A stretch of DNA of 64,000 bases from Squalus acanthias (taxonomy: Eukaryota). The stretch covers positions 3,970,001-4,034,000 of the forward strand of contig JASTWF010000033.1 of assembly GCA_030390025.1 (NCBI GenBank), written 5' to 3'. The notes under the pieces were generated by a model, which did not search any database, was not told where the DNA came from, and saw only the letters and a program-made list of their open reading frames with translations. The translations under genes were made by a program, and so were the position numbers. Shown here in pieces: positions 50,050 through 62,619 of the stretch; positions within the stretch are counted from its first letter, which is position 1; each line of letters starts with the position of its first letter.

Positions 50050-50650
50050 TTGGAATATGGACGTCGCAGGCAAGGCCAGCATTTATTGTCCATCCCCAAT
50101 TGCCCTGGAGAAAGTGTTGGTGAGCCGCCTCATAGAACAAAGTGGCTTGCTGGGCCATTTCAGCGGGTCGTTAATCGCCAACCACATTGCTGTGGGTTTG
50201 AAGTCACATTTCGTCCAAAATGGGCAACGAATGCAGCTTCCCTTCCTGAAGGACATTAGTGAACCAGATGTGCTGTTACCGAAAATCCGGTAGTTTCATG
50301 GTCAACATTACTGACACTAACTTTTTATTCCTGATTTGTTTAATTAATATAATTTAAATTCCCCAGCTGGTGGGATTTGAACTCAGGATTATTCGTCCAG
50401 GCATCTGGTTTACTAGTCTAGAAATATAACCATTATGCTACTGTAACCTACAAATATATCGCCGTTCCTTCATTGTCATTGGGTCAAAAGCCTGAAATTC
50501 CTTCCGTAATATTATTGTGGGAGCTCCTTCACCACACGGACTGCAGCGGTTCAAGATGAATGCACACCATTTTATCATGGGTAACTGGGAATGGCCAAGT
50601 AATAACAGCCTTGATAGAGCCACTCATATCCTGAGAAAACATAAATATAA
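50050..50650. mobile_element. Decayed SINE/LINE 3'-end fragments in both orientations
   Basis: 50050-50125 is the reverse complement of the tail seen at 59270-59330. 50455-50640 is the same family as 59150-59330 on the plus strand. Confidence 0.6.
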
Positions 50651-50899
50651 AAATAAAATGGGAATTAAATCACTGTAATTGAAATTAACTGATTGAAAAC
50701 TGGCGAGCTCTGTGGTCAGAGTGGGAAGTCATGTTCCGCTAAAACAATGTCAACACAACTTGGCTCACCAATTCTATGGTTTTATGATTGATACTACTCA
50801 CACTTTCCCAATGGCTCTATATTTTTAAAAGATGCTTGATAAAGTACCACATATCACCAAAACTGAAGCCCATGGGATTAAAGTGGCAGTGGCACCAGT

Positions 50900-52308
50900 G
50901 AGTGGTGCGAGGTATATCAGTATTACAGTGAGTGGTGTGGTGTGTTAAGTTCCAGAGTGTGACATGTATCAGAGGGTTACCGTGAATGGAGTGGGGTATA
51001 TCAGAGTGTTACAGTGAGGGTTGTGGGTATATCAGTGTGTTACAGTGAGGGGTGTAAGGGTATATCAGACCGTTAATGTGAGGAGAGTGTGGTATATCAG
51101 AGTGTTAAAGTGAGGAGTATGGGCCATATCACAGAATGTTACAGTGAGGGGGTGGAATATATCAGTGTGTTACAGTGAGGAGTCTTGGGTATATCAATAT
51201 GTTACAGTGAGGGGTGTGGGGTATATCAGACTGTTACATCGAGGGATGTGGGGTATATCAAAGTGTTACAGTGAGGGGTATCAGAGTGTGTTACAGTGAG
51301 GGGGAGGAGTATATCAGAGTTTTAACGTGAGGGGTGTGCGGTATATCAGAGAATGATACAGTGAGGGCTGTCGGTATATCAGAATGTAATAGTGAGCAGT
51401 GTGGGGTATATCAGAGTGTTACCATGAGGTGTGTGGGGTATATCAGAGTGATACAGTTAGTGGTGTGGTGTAAATCAGATTGTTACATTGAGGGGTGTGG
51501 GGTATATCATAATTTTACAATGCTGATGTGTGGGTTTTTTCAGAGTATTACAGTCTGGGTTGTGGACTATATCAGAGTGTGTTACAGAGAGGGGGTGCAG
51601 TATATCAGAGTGTGTTACAGTGAGCGGTGCGAAGTATATCAGTATTACAGTGAGTGTTGTGGGCAGTAACAGCCCAGTGCGTGGCATATATCAGATTGTT
51701 ACAGTGAGTGGTGTGGGGTATATGGGGAGAGAGCGGGAACATGATATTGAGATAAAGGATCAGCCATGATCGAAGGGCCGAATGGCCTACTGCTGCTTCT
51801 ATTTTTCAATGTTTCGATGCATATTAGAGTATTATAGTGAGGGGTGTGGGTATATCAAAGGGTTACAGAGTGATGTGTGGGTATATCAGAGTGTTATAGT
51901 GAGGGGTGTGTAGTATATAATAGAGTTACTGTGAGTGGTGTGCGGTATGTCCGATGTTTACAGTGAGGTGTGTGGGGGATATCAGAGTGATAAAGTTTTG
52001 GGTGTGTTCCAGTGAGTGCTGTGGGATAGATAAGAGTGCTTCAGGGGTGTGGCATGTATCTGAGTGTTACATAAGGTTTCTGGGGTATATCATAGTGTTA
52101 CTTTGGGTTGTGGCCTATATCAGAGTGTTACAGTGCGGTACATCAGAGTGTTACAGTATGTGGTGTTGGGCATATCAGAGTTCTACAGTGAGGCATGTGT
52201 GGTATATCAGACAGTGACAGTGAGGGGTGTGGTGTATATCGAAGTGTTACAGTGAGGGGTGTGGGGTATATCAGAGAGTGTTACTGTCAGTGTTATGGGA
52301 TATATCAG
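50900..52308. repeat. ~32-bp minisatellite (gtgttacagtgaggggtgtggggtatatcaga)
   Basis: About 40 diverged tandem copies. Confidence 0.93.
51716..51820 (+). mobile_element. Very short CR1 3'-end insertion in the 32-bp array
   Basis: tatggggagagagcgggaac...ggatcagccatgatcgaagggccgaatggcctactgctgcttct plus tail. Confidence 0.8.
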
Positions 52309-52401
52309 AGATACAGAGTAAAGCTCCCTCTACACTGTACCATCAAGCACGTCAAGGGCAAATGCTGCTCTGGTGACACACAAAGTAAAGCTTCCTCTGC
52401 A
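52309..52401. repeat. 67-bp satellite (left remnant)
   Basis: gatacagagtaaagctccctctacactgtaccatcaa matches the unit at 54361 onward. Confidence 0.8.
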
Positions 52402-54360
52402 GTGGCTAAAGTAAATGTTGGTCCCTTAGAGGATGAGACCGGGAAATTAATGGTGGGAAATATGGAGATGGCAAAAACACTGAATGAATATTTTGTATCA
52501 GTCTTTACAGCAGAGGAAACTAAGAATATCCCAACACTGGACAAACAGGGGGCTATAGGGGGAGAGGAGCTAAACACGATCAAAATCACTAAGGAAGTGG
52601 TACTCGGTAAAATAATGGGACTCAAGGCGGATAAATCACCTGGACCTGATGGCTTACATCCTAGAGTCTTGAAGGAAGTGGCGGTAGGGATTGTAGATGC
52701 ATTGGTAATAATTTTTCAAAACTCCCTGGATTCCGCTAAGGTCCCGGCAGACTGGAAAACTGCTAATGTAACACCCTTATTTAAAAAGGGCAGTAGACAG
52801 AAGGCTGGTAACTATAGACCGGTTAGCCTAACAACTGTGGTAGGTAAAATTTTGGAGTCCATTATTAAGGAAACAGTAACAGGACATTTGGATAATCATA
52901 ATTTAATAGGACAAAGTCAGCATGGTTTTACGAAGGGGAAGTCATGTTTGACAAATTTGCTGGAGTTCTTTGAGGAAGTAACATATAGAGTGGATAAAGG
53001 GGAACCAGTGGACGTAGTGTATTTAGACTTCCAAAAGGCATTTGACAAGGTGCCACAAAAAGATTATTGCTTAAGGTAAAAAAATCACGGGATTGGGGGT
53101 AATATTCTGGCATGGATAGAGGATTGGCTATCTAACAGAAAGCAAAGAGTTGGGATAAATGGTTCATTCTCAGACTGGCAATCAGTAACTAGTGGTGTTC
53201 CACAGGGGTCAGTGCTGGGTCCCCAACTCTTTACAATCTATATTAACGATTTGGAGGAAGGGACCAAGTGTAACATATCAAAATTTGCAGATGATACAAA
53301 GATGGGAGGGAAAGTAGTGAGTGAGGAGGACATAAAAAACCTGCAAGGGGACATAGACAGGCTAAGTAAGTGGGCAGAGATTTGGCAGATGGAATACAAC
53401 ACTGGAAAGTGTGAGGTGATGCACTTTGGCAGGAAAAATCCTAGAGCAATTTATTATCTTAATGGCAAGAAACTGGAGAGTACTGAAGTGCAAAGGGATC
53501 AGGGGGTCCTGGTGCACGAAACTCAAAAGGTTAGTATGCAGGTGCAGCAAGTGATTAAGAAGGCAAATGGAATGTTGGCTTTCATTGCTAGGGGGATAGA
53601 ATATAAAAATAGGGAGGTATTGCTTCAGTTGTACAAGGTATTGGTGAAACCGCACCTGGAATACTGCATACAGTTTTGGTGTCCTTACTTAAGGAAAGAC
53701 ATCCTTGCTCTCGAGGCAGTGCAAAAAAGGTTCACTCGGTTAATCCCGGGGATGAGGGGGTGGTCATATGAGGAGAGGTTGGGTAGATTGGGACTCTACT
53801 CATTGGAGTTCAGAAGAATGAGAGGCGATCTTATTGAAACATATAAAATTGTGAAGGGGTTGGATCGGGTGGATGCGGGGAGGATGTTCCCGATGACGGA
53901 TGAGACTAGAACTAGGGGACATAGTCTTAGAATAAGGAGCTGCTCTTTCAAAACGGAGATGAGGAGGAACTACTTCACTCAGAGGGTGGTAGGTCCATGG
54001 AATATGCTGCCACAAAAAGCTGTAGAAGCTACATCATTAAATAAATTTAAAACAGAAATAGACAGTTTCCTAGAAGTAAAGGGCATTAAGGGTTACGGGG
54101 AGCGGGCAGGAATTTGGACATGAGTCTAGGTTCGGATCGGTCATGGCCCTGTGGGTAGTGGAGCGGGCCCAGGGACCGTGTAGCCTGATTCTGCTCCTAT
54201 TTCGTGTGTGCAATTCTGTTAGATGCAGGAGATGGTTCTGTGATAGATAGTAGATTGGCGGTTAGGATCAGATCAGCCATGATCTTATTGAATGGCGGAG
54301 CAGGCTCGAGGGGCCGATTGGCCTACTCCTGCTCCTATTTCTTATGTTCTTATGTTCTTA
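52402..54360 (+). mobile_element. 5'-truncated CR1 LINE (RT half) with a doubled 3'UTR
   Basis: ORFs 52195-53079 (from AKVNVGPL) and 53212-54123, one frameshift at ~53060. Tail ttcttatgttcttatg. TGCA at 52398-52401 and 54361-54364. Confidence 0.93.
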
Positions 54361-55770
54361 TGCACTGTCCCACCAAACAATGTCACGATAGGTACAACAT
54401 GAGTTAGATAGAGAATAAATCTCCCTCTACACTGTCCCATCAAACAGTCCCAGTGCAGGAACAGCATTGGTTAGATACAGAGTAAAGGTCATTCTAGACT
54501 TGGGCATCAAACCTCCCAAAGCAGGTGCAGCACTGGTTTGATATAGAGTAAACCTCACTCTACACTGTACCATCAAACACTCCCAGGGCAAATACAGAAC
54601 GGGTTAGATACAGAGTAAACCTCACTCTACACTGTACCATTAAACAATCCTAGTGCAAGTCCTCTCTGGTGAAAATCAGAGTAAAGCTTCCACTGCACTG
54701 TCCCACCAAACACTCCCAGTGCAGGTACAGCATGAGTTAGATAGAGATTAAATATCCCTTTACACTTTCCCATCAAATACTCCCAGGGCAGGCACAACAC
54801 GAGTTAGATAAAGAGTGAAGCTCCCTCTACATTGCCCCATCAAAAACTCCCAGTGCATGTACAGCACAGTATCGATACAAAGTAAAGCTCCCTCTGCACT
54901 GGCCCATCAAACACTCCCACGATATGTACAGCACGGGTTAGATACAGAGTAAGGCTCGCTCTACTCTGTCCTATCAATCACGCTCAGGGCACGTAAAGCA
55001 ATGGTTAAATAAGGAGTAATGCTTCATCCAATTGTCCGATCAAACACTCCCAGGGCAGGTACAGCACGGTTTCGATACATAATAAATCTCCCTCTGCACA
55101 GTCCCATCAACAAATCCAAAGTTGGTAAGGCACTGGTAAGATGCACAGTCAAGCTTCCTCTACATTGCCCGATCAAACATTCCCAGGGCAGGTACAGCAC
55201 GTTTTATAAACAGTGTAAAGCACCCTCTACATTGTCCCAGCAAACAATCCCAGGGCTGGTACAGCACGGGTTAGATAAAGAGTAAAGCTCCCTCTACACT
55301 GTCGCATCAAATACTAGCAGGGCAGGTAAAGCACGGGGTAGCTGCAGAGTTAACCACAATCTACAGTGTCACATCACACACTCCCAGGGTTGGTACAGCA
55401 CGGGTTAGATACAGAGTATTGCTCCAACTGCACTGTCCCATCAAACACTCCCAGGGCTGTTACAGCCCGGGTTAGATACAGATTAAATCTCCCTTTACGC
55501 TATCCCATCCAACACTCTCCGGGCACGTAAAGCAATGGTTCGATAAAGAGTTAAGCTTCCTCCATATTGTCCCATTCGTCACATCCAGGGCACGTACAAC
55601 ACTAGTTAGATACAGAGTAACTCTCCCTCTACAATGTACCATCAAATTTTCCTTGGGCAGGTTCAGCACCGGTGAGGTACAGAGTAAATCTTCCTCAGCA
55701 TCGACCTATCAAACATTCCCTGTGCAGGTACAGCACGAGTTAGATACAGGCTGATTCTTTCTCTTCACAG
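54361..55770. repeat. 67-bp satellite (acagagtaaagctccctctacactgtcccatcaaacactcccagggcaggtacagcacgggttagat)
   Basis: About 21 tandem copies; gttagata recurs with a 67-bp period (54403, 54470...). Confidence 0.95.
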
Positions 55771-58700
55771 CAAGGCAGCATTTGATCGAGTGTGGCATGA
55801 AGGTACCATAGTAAAATTGGAGTCAATGGGAATCGGGGGAAAAACTCTCCACTGGCTAGAGTCATACATAGCACAAAGGAAGATGGTTGTTGTGACTGAA
55901 GGTCAATCATCACAGCCCCAGGGCATCGCTGCAGAAGTTCCTCAGGGCAGTGTCCTAGGCCCAGCCATATTCAGCTGCTTCATCAATGACCTTCCCTCCA
56001 ACAGAAGGTTAGAAATGGCGATGTTCGCTGATGACTGCACTTTTTTCAGCACATTTAACAATTCCTCAGATAATGAACATAAGAACATAAGCATTGGAAA
56101 CAGGAATAGGTCACTTGTCCCCTCGAGCCTGCTCCGCCATTCAATGAGATCATGGCTGATCTTGGGCTCAAAGCCACTTCCCCGCCCGCTCCCCATAACC
56201 CTTCACTCCCTTATCATGCAAAAAGCTGCTTATCTTCACGCTAAATGTATTTAATGACCCAGCCTCCACAGCTCTCTGAAGTAGAGAATTCCACAGTTTT
56301 ACGACCCTCTGAGAGAAGAATTTGCTCCTCATCTTAGTTCTAAAAGGCCGTCCCTTTATTCTAAAACTGTGCCCCCGCGTTCTAGATTTCCCCCGAGGGG
56401 AAACATCCACTCTGCATCTATCTTGTCGAGCCCCCTCAGTATCTTATATGTTTCAATAAGATCACCTCTCATCCTTCTAAATTCCAATGAGTATCGGCCC
56501 AGCCTGCTCAACCTTGCCTCACAGGTCAATCCCCTTATGTCTGGAATAAACATAGTGAATTATCTCTGAACTGCCTCCAATGCAAGTATATCCTTCCTTA
56601 AATAAGGAGACCAAAACTGTACGCAGTACTCAAGGTGTGATCTCACCAAAACCCTCTATATTTGTAGCAGGACTTCCCTGCTTTTATAATCCAACCCCTT
56701 TGAAATAAAGGCCAGCATCCCATTTGCCTTTTTGATTACTTGCTCTACCTGCATGCTAACTGTTAGTTATTCTTGCTTATGGACCCCCAGGTTCCTCTCA
56801 ACTGTAGCATTTTGTAATTTCTCGCCATTTAAATAATAATTTGCTTCTTTGTTTTTCCTGCCAAAGTGTATAACCTTCCTTTTTCCCACATTATACTCCA
56901 TCTGCCAAATGTTTGCCCACTCACTTAGCCTGTTTATATCTCTTTGCAGGTTCTTTGAGTACTCTGCAAAACTTGCTTTCCAAACCATCTCTGTATCATC
57001 CGCAAACTTGGCTACATTACACTCGGCCCCTTCATTCAAGTATTTTATATAGATTGTAAATAGTTGATGCCCAGCACCGATCCCAGTGGCACCCCACTAG
57101 TTACCCTTTGCTAACCGGAAAATGACTCATGTATCCCGACTCCCTGCTTCATGTGTAGTTAGCCAATTACCTATCCATGCTAATATATTACCCCCAATTC
57201 CGTAAGCTCTTATCCTGTGTAGTAACCATTTATGTAGCAACTAATCGAATGCCTTCTGGATATCTAAATGCACCACATCCACTGTTTCACCTTTGTCCAC
57301 CCTGCTCGTTACTTCCTCAAACAACTTCAGCAAGTGTGTTAAACATGACTTCCCTTTCATAAAACCATGCTGACTCTGCTTGACTGCATTATGATTTCCC
57401 AAATGCCCTGCTACTGCTTCCTTAATGAAGGCCTCCAGCATTTGCCCAATGACAGATGTTAGGCTAATTGGTCTATAGATTCATCCTTTCTGTCTCCCTC
57501 CCTTATTAAATTGGGGTGTTACATTGGGGGTTTTCCAATCCGCTGGGAACTCTCCAGAGTCCAGGGAATTTTGATATATTGCAACCAATGCATCCACTAT
57601 CTCTGCAGTCACTTAATTTAAGAACCTGGGATGCAGCGCATCTGGTCCAGGGAACAGCTCAACTTTTAGTCCCATTATTTCACCAAGTACTATTTCCTTA
57701 GTGATAGTGATTGTCGTTAGTTTCCCCCTCCCTGTGGCCCCTTGATTATCCATTATTGGAATATTGTTAGTGCCTTCTACCGTGAAGACAGCTAGAAAAT
57801 ATTTGTTCAGAGTCTCTGCAATTTTCCCGTTCCCCATTATTAATTCCCCATTCTCATCCTCTAAGTGACCAACGTTTAATTTAGCTACTCTCTTCCTTTA
57901 TATATACCTGTAGAAGCTCTTACAATAGCTTTTAATTTTTCTTGGCAGTTTACTCTCATAATTCATCGCCTTTCTCTTTATTATTTGTTTAGTCATCCTT
58001 TGCTGGTTTTTAAAAATTCCCAATCCTCTGGTCTTCCACCAATCTTGGCAACAATGTTTGCCTTCGTTTTAAATTCAATATAATGCTTTACTTAGACAGC
58101 CACGGATGGTGATCCAATCTCTTAAAATCTTTCTGTATCACTGAAATATATTTTTCTTGAGAATTATGAAATATCTCCTTAAATGTCCGCCATTGCATTT
58201 CCACTGTCTTCCCCTTGAATTTATTTTTCCAGTCATTTTAGCCAGTTCTGCCCTCATGCTACTGTCATTGCCTTTGTTTAAGCTCAGGACACTGGTTTGA
58301 GAGGACACTTTCTCACCATCCAAATTTACTTGAAATTCAACCACGCTATGATCACTCTTTCCTAAAGGATCGTTTACTATGAGATAATGTATTAATTCTA
58401 TCTCTTTGCATAGTACCAGATGCAAAATAGTCTGCCCCCAGGTTTTTTTTTCCATTGCATACTGTTGGAGGAAACCATGGCGGATGTACTCGATGAACTC
58501 ATCCTCAAGTACACCATGCCCGCATACAACAAGACCTGGACGAAATTCAGGCTTGGGCTGATAACTGGCAGGTAACATTCGCGTCACATAAGTGCCAGGC
58601 AATGCTTATCTTAAACAATGAGAGTCTACCCACCGCCCCTTGAAATTCATTGGCATTACCATCGCTGATTACCCCACCATCAACATCCTGGGGGTCACTA

Positions 58701-59345
58701 TTGACCAGAAACTTATCTGGCTCAGCCAGTTAAATAATATAGCAACAAGAGCAGGTCAAAACCTAGATATTCTTCGGCGAGTGTCCCACATCCTGACTCC
58801 CCAAAGCCTTTGCACCAAGTAAGGAGTTTGTTGGAATACTCTCCACTTGCCTGGATGAGTGCAGCTCCAGGAACACTCAAGAAGCTCGACACCATACAGG
58901 ACAAAGTAGACCACTTGATTGGCACCCCATCCACCACGTTCAACATTCACTCCCTCCACCACCGGCGTATCGTGGCTGCAGTGTGTACCATCTACAAAAT
59001 ACACTGCAGCATCTCGTCAAGGCGTCTTCGGCAGCACCTCCCAAACCCGCGACCTTGTCCATCTTGAAGGACAAGGGCAGCAGGCGCATGAGAAGAACAC
59101 CACATCGATGTTCCCCTCCAAGTCACAAACCAGCCTGACTTAGAAGTATATCTCCGATCATTCATCGTCGCTGGGTCAAAATCCTGGAACTCCATACCTA
59201 AAAGCACTGTGGGAGTACCTTCAGCACACGCACTGCAACGGTTCAAGAAGGCGGCTCCGAACCACCTTCTCGAGTGCAATTAGAGATGGGCAATACATGC
59301 TGGCCTAGCCAGCGATCCATCATCCCATAAAGAATTGAATAATAT
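55771..59345 (+). mobile_element. Old CR1-group LINE 3' part (55771-56075 and ~58513-59345) inserted in the 67-bp satellite
   Basis: AFDRVWH...VPQGSVLGP...FADDCT, resuming with QQDLDEIQAW...ILGVTIDQKL...QVRSLLEYSP, then a 3' tail. The satellite resumes at ~59347. Confidence 0.85.
56076..58512 (-). mobile_element. Decayed 5'-truncated CR1 LINE nested in the older LINE
   Basis: Tail aacataagaacataag at 56076. Minus ORFs 56168-58602 carry CR1 RT/APE motifs (KFADDT, QHGFMKGKSCLT, LGKSDHS). Confidence 0.9.
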
Positions 59346-59346
59346 A

Positions 59347-59800
59347 AACACTGGCCCATCAAACAGTTCATGGGAAGTTACAGCACGGGTTAGATGCAGA
59401 GTAAAGTTCGCACTGCGCTGTCCCATCAATCACTCCCAGCGCAAGTACTGCACTGGTTAGATACAGAGTAAATCTCCCTGTCCGCTGACCATTCAAACAC
59501 TCCGAGGGCAGGAACAGCAAGGGTTATATAAAGAGTAAATTTCCTTTCACACTGTCCCATCTAACTGTCCCAGGGCATGTAACGCAATGTTTAGATAAAG
59601 TGTAAATCTTCCTCTACATTGTACCAGCAAACTCTCCCAGGGCACGTACAGCACTGTTTAGATACAGAGCAAAGCTCCCTCTGCACTGTCTCATCAAGCA
59701 CTCCCAGGGCAGGAACAGCAAGGGTTATATACAGAGCGAAGCTCCCTCTACATTGCCCCATCAATCAGTCCCACAGCAGTTACAGCACGGGTTCGATACA
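59347..59800. repeat. 67-bp satellite (continuation)
   Basis: About 7 more copies of the same unit. Confidence 0.92.
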
Positions 59801-60893
59801 TAAGAACATAAGAACATAAGAAATAGGAGCAGGAGTAGGCCATTCGGCCCTTGGAGCCTGCTCCGCCACTCAATGAGACCATGACTGATTTTCAGGCTCA
59901 ACTCCATTCACCAGCGTTCTCGCTATATGCATTGGTGCCCTGACTAGACAGAAATCTATCGACTACTGTTTTGAATATACGAAATGACTGAGCGTCCACA
60001 GCTCTCTGGGTTAGATAATTCCAAAGATTCACCACCCTCTGTGAAGAAATTTCTTCTCATCGAAGTCCTGAATGGCCTACCGTTAATCTTGAGGCTATGG
60101 CCGCTGATTCTAGACTCCCCAGCTAAGTAAAACATTCTCCCAGCATCCATCCTATAAAGCCCTGTAATAATTTTTTATGCTTCAATGAGATCCCCTCTCA
60201 TTCTTCAGAATTAAAGAGAATACAGGCCTAGTTTACTCAATCTCTTCTCATACGACAGTCCCGCCATCCCAGGAATCAATCTCGTGAAATTTCGTTGCAC
60301 TTCCTCTATGTCAAGTATATCCTTCCTTAGATAAGGAGACCTAAATTGTACACGGTACTCCAGGTGTGGTCTCACCATGGCCCTATATATTGGAGTAAGA
60401 TTTCTTTACTCCTGTACTGAAAGCCTCTTTTAATGAAGGTCAGCATACCATTTGCCTTTCTAATGGCTTGCTGCACCTGCACATTCACTTTCAGTGACTG
60501 TTGTACAAGGACACCCATTGCCCTTTGAGCATCTGCATTCCCCAATCTTTCACCATTTAGGAAATACTCTGTCTTTCTGTTTTATTGACCAAAGTGGATT
60601 ACTTCACATTTATCCACGTTAAATTCCATCTGCCATGTTCTCGCCCACTCACTGAGCATGTCGAGATCCCCTTGAAGCCACTTCAGATCCTCTTTGCAAC
60701 TGCCACTGCCACCTAGCTTTGTATCTTCAGCAAATTTGGAAATGTTACATTTAGTCCCCTTATCCAAATCATGGATAAAGATTGTGATTAGCTGGGGCCC
60801 AAGCACCCATCCTTGCAGTACACCACGAGTCACAGCCTGCCACCCTGAAAAGACCCGTTTATCCCTACTCTTTATTTTCTGTCTGTTAACCAA
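59797..60893 (-). mobile_element. CR1 3' fragment
   Basis: (acataaga)n tail at ~59798-59822. ORF 60582-60893 reads GWQAVT...KFAEDTKLGG...DKCEVIHFG. Confidence 0.9.
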
Positions 60894-61700
60894 TAAATGT
60901 GAAGTTGTCCACTTCGGTAGGAAAAACAGAAAGGCTGAGTATTATTTGAATGTTAATAGATTGGGAAGTGTTGATGTACAAAGTAACCTGGGTGTTCTTG
61001 TACACCAGTCACTGAAAGCAAACATGCAGGTGCAGCAAGCAGTTAGGAAGGCAAATGGTATGTTGGCCTTCATTGCAAGAGGATTTGAGTAGAGGAGCAA
61101 GGATGCCTTACTACAGTTGTACAGGGCCTTGGTGAGACCACACCTGGAGTATTGTGTGCAGTTTTGTTCTCCTTAGTTAAGAAAGCATATACTTGCCATA
61201 GATGGAGTGCAGCGAAGGTTCACCAGACTGATTCCTGGGATGGCAGGACTGTCATATGAGGAGAGATTGGGTCGACTACGCCTGTATTCACGAGAGTTTA
61301 GAAGAATGAGAGGGGATCTCATTGAAACTTATGAAATTCTGACAGTGGGAGACAGACTGGATGCAGTGAGGATGTTTCGCTGGCTGGGGGGGGGGGGGTC
61401 TGGAAAGAGGTGTCACAGTCTCATGATTCGGCGTAGGACATTTAGGACTGAGATGAGGGGAGATTTTCTCACTCAGAGAGAGGTGAACCTGTGGAATTCT
61501 CTACCACAGAAGTCTGTGGATGCCAAGTCACTGACTATATTTAAGAAGGAGATAGATAGATTTCTAGATACAAAAGGCATTAAGGGGTATGGGAAGAGAG
61601 CCGTAATATGGTATTGAGATAGAGGATCAGCCATGATCATATTGAATGGCGGAGCAGGCTCGAAATGCCGAATAGTCGACTTCTGCTCCTACTTTTTTCT
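60894..61700 (+). mobile_element. CR1 3' fragment abutting the previous copy head-to-head
   Basis: KCEVVHFGRKN...QQAVRKANGMLAFI...GIKGYG plus 3'UTR gatcagccatgat...gcaggctcga. Confidence 0.9.
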
Positions 61701-62454
61701 AAACTAGGAGCCTCACCCAATTTACAAGTGTTGACTCAGCTCCCCTGCTCCTGTTGATTAGTGCCTATTCAAGACAAACACTTACAGCTGACTGACAGTG
61801 AACTGCCACTGGCAGGCAGCTTCTTTTAACTACAATTTATAAAGTTCCAGGTGAAAATCAAAGCTTCAACTAAATGTCACTTGTTACAGCTTCTACTTAC
61901 CCAATACTGACCAGAAATTCCAACTCTTTCCAAATTACCAAATAAAACACGATCTTCAAGTCCACTCCGTTTAATCCGGTTCTGCGGAGACCAAGTTGAA
62001 ACAGCTTTCTGCTGAGTTTGGGCTGTAAATTTGCTAAGATAATTTTGGAGAAATGATGACTTTAGGGGAAAGATAGGATGTGAAAGAGACCTTCAGCCAT
62101 ACCTGAACGTGTCAACTTGATAACTCTGTTCAGGATGGATTGCGGCAATATAACAATTAGAAGAGCTGAGAGCCTGGTTGTTTAGTTTATGTTGTTATTC
62201 TGTGGCATTTATATGTACCTTTGATGTACCATGATTTATTGGTAGTATGCATGGAATGTAGTGATTAAAGGCACAATTTTGTAAGAAATGTAAGGGATCA
62301 CTGGTGAGCAGCTCACACTGGAATTACGGATAGTTTGTGTCTCAGCTGCTCTCAGGTAGGCTTGTATAGTATGAAAGAGACTCGTGCACTCATATTGGTT
62401 GTGGATAGTATGAGGTTTCAATTTGCAGGGTTGAGAACAGCTTCTGGTGGCAAG

Positions 62455-62566
62455 AAAAGCCTACAGTACCTGACAATCCCAGGCAGTCTCCCATCCGAGT
62501 ACTAAGCAGGCCTGACTCTGCTTTGTTTCCGTGATCAGGATTGCCGATCGTGGTTTGGTCACAGGA
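62455..62566 (-). pseudogene. 5S rRNA pseudogene
   Basis: Minus strand ...ctgatcacggaaacaaagcagagtcaggcctgcttagtactcggatgggagactgcctgggattgtcaggtactgtaggctttt aligns by eye to vertebrate 5S from about nt 39 to the end. The 5' part (cctgtgaccaaaccac) is degenerate with a ~13-nt deletion. T-run terminator is present. Confidence 0.85.
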
Positions 62567-62619
62567 ATCAGCTGTTTCCGGTTTCCTCAGGTTAAGGCCT
62601 CCTGATTGATTTAAGGTTC

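Noticed and set aside
52195..52401. Novel N-terminal extension fused to CR1 RT in ORF 52195-53079
   Set aside because: Chance read-through from the 32-bp and 67-bp satellites into a 5'-truncated CR1.
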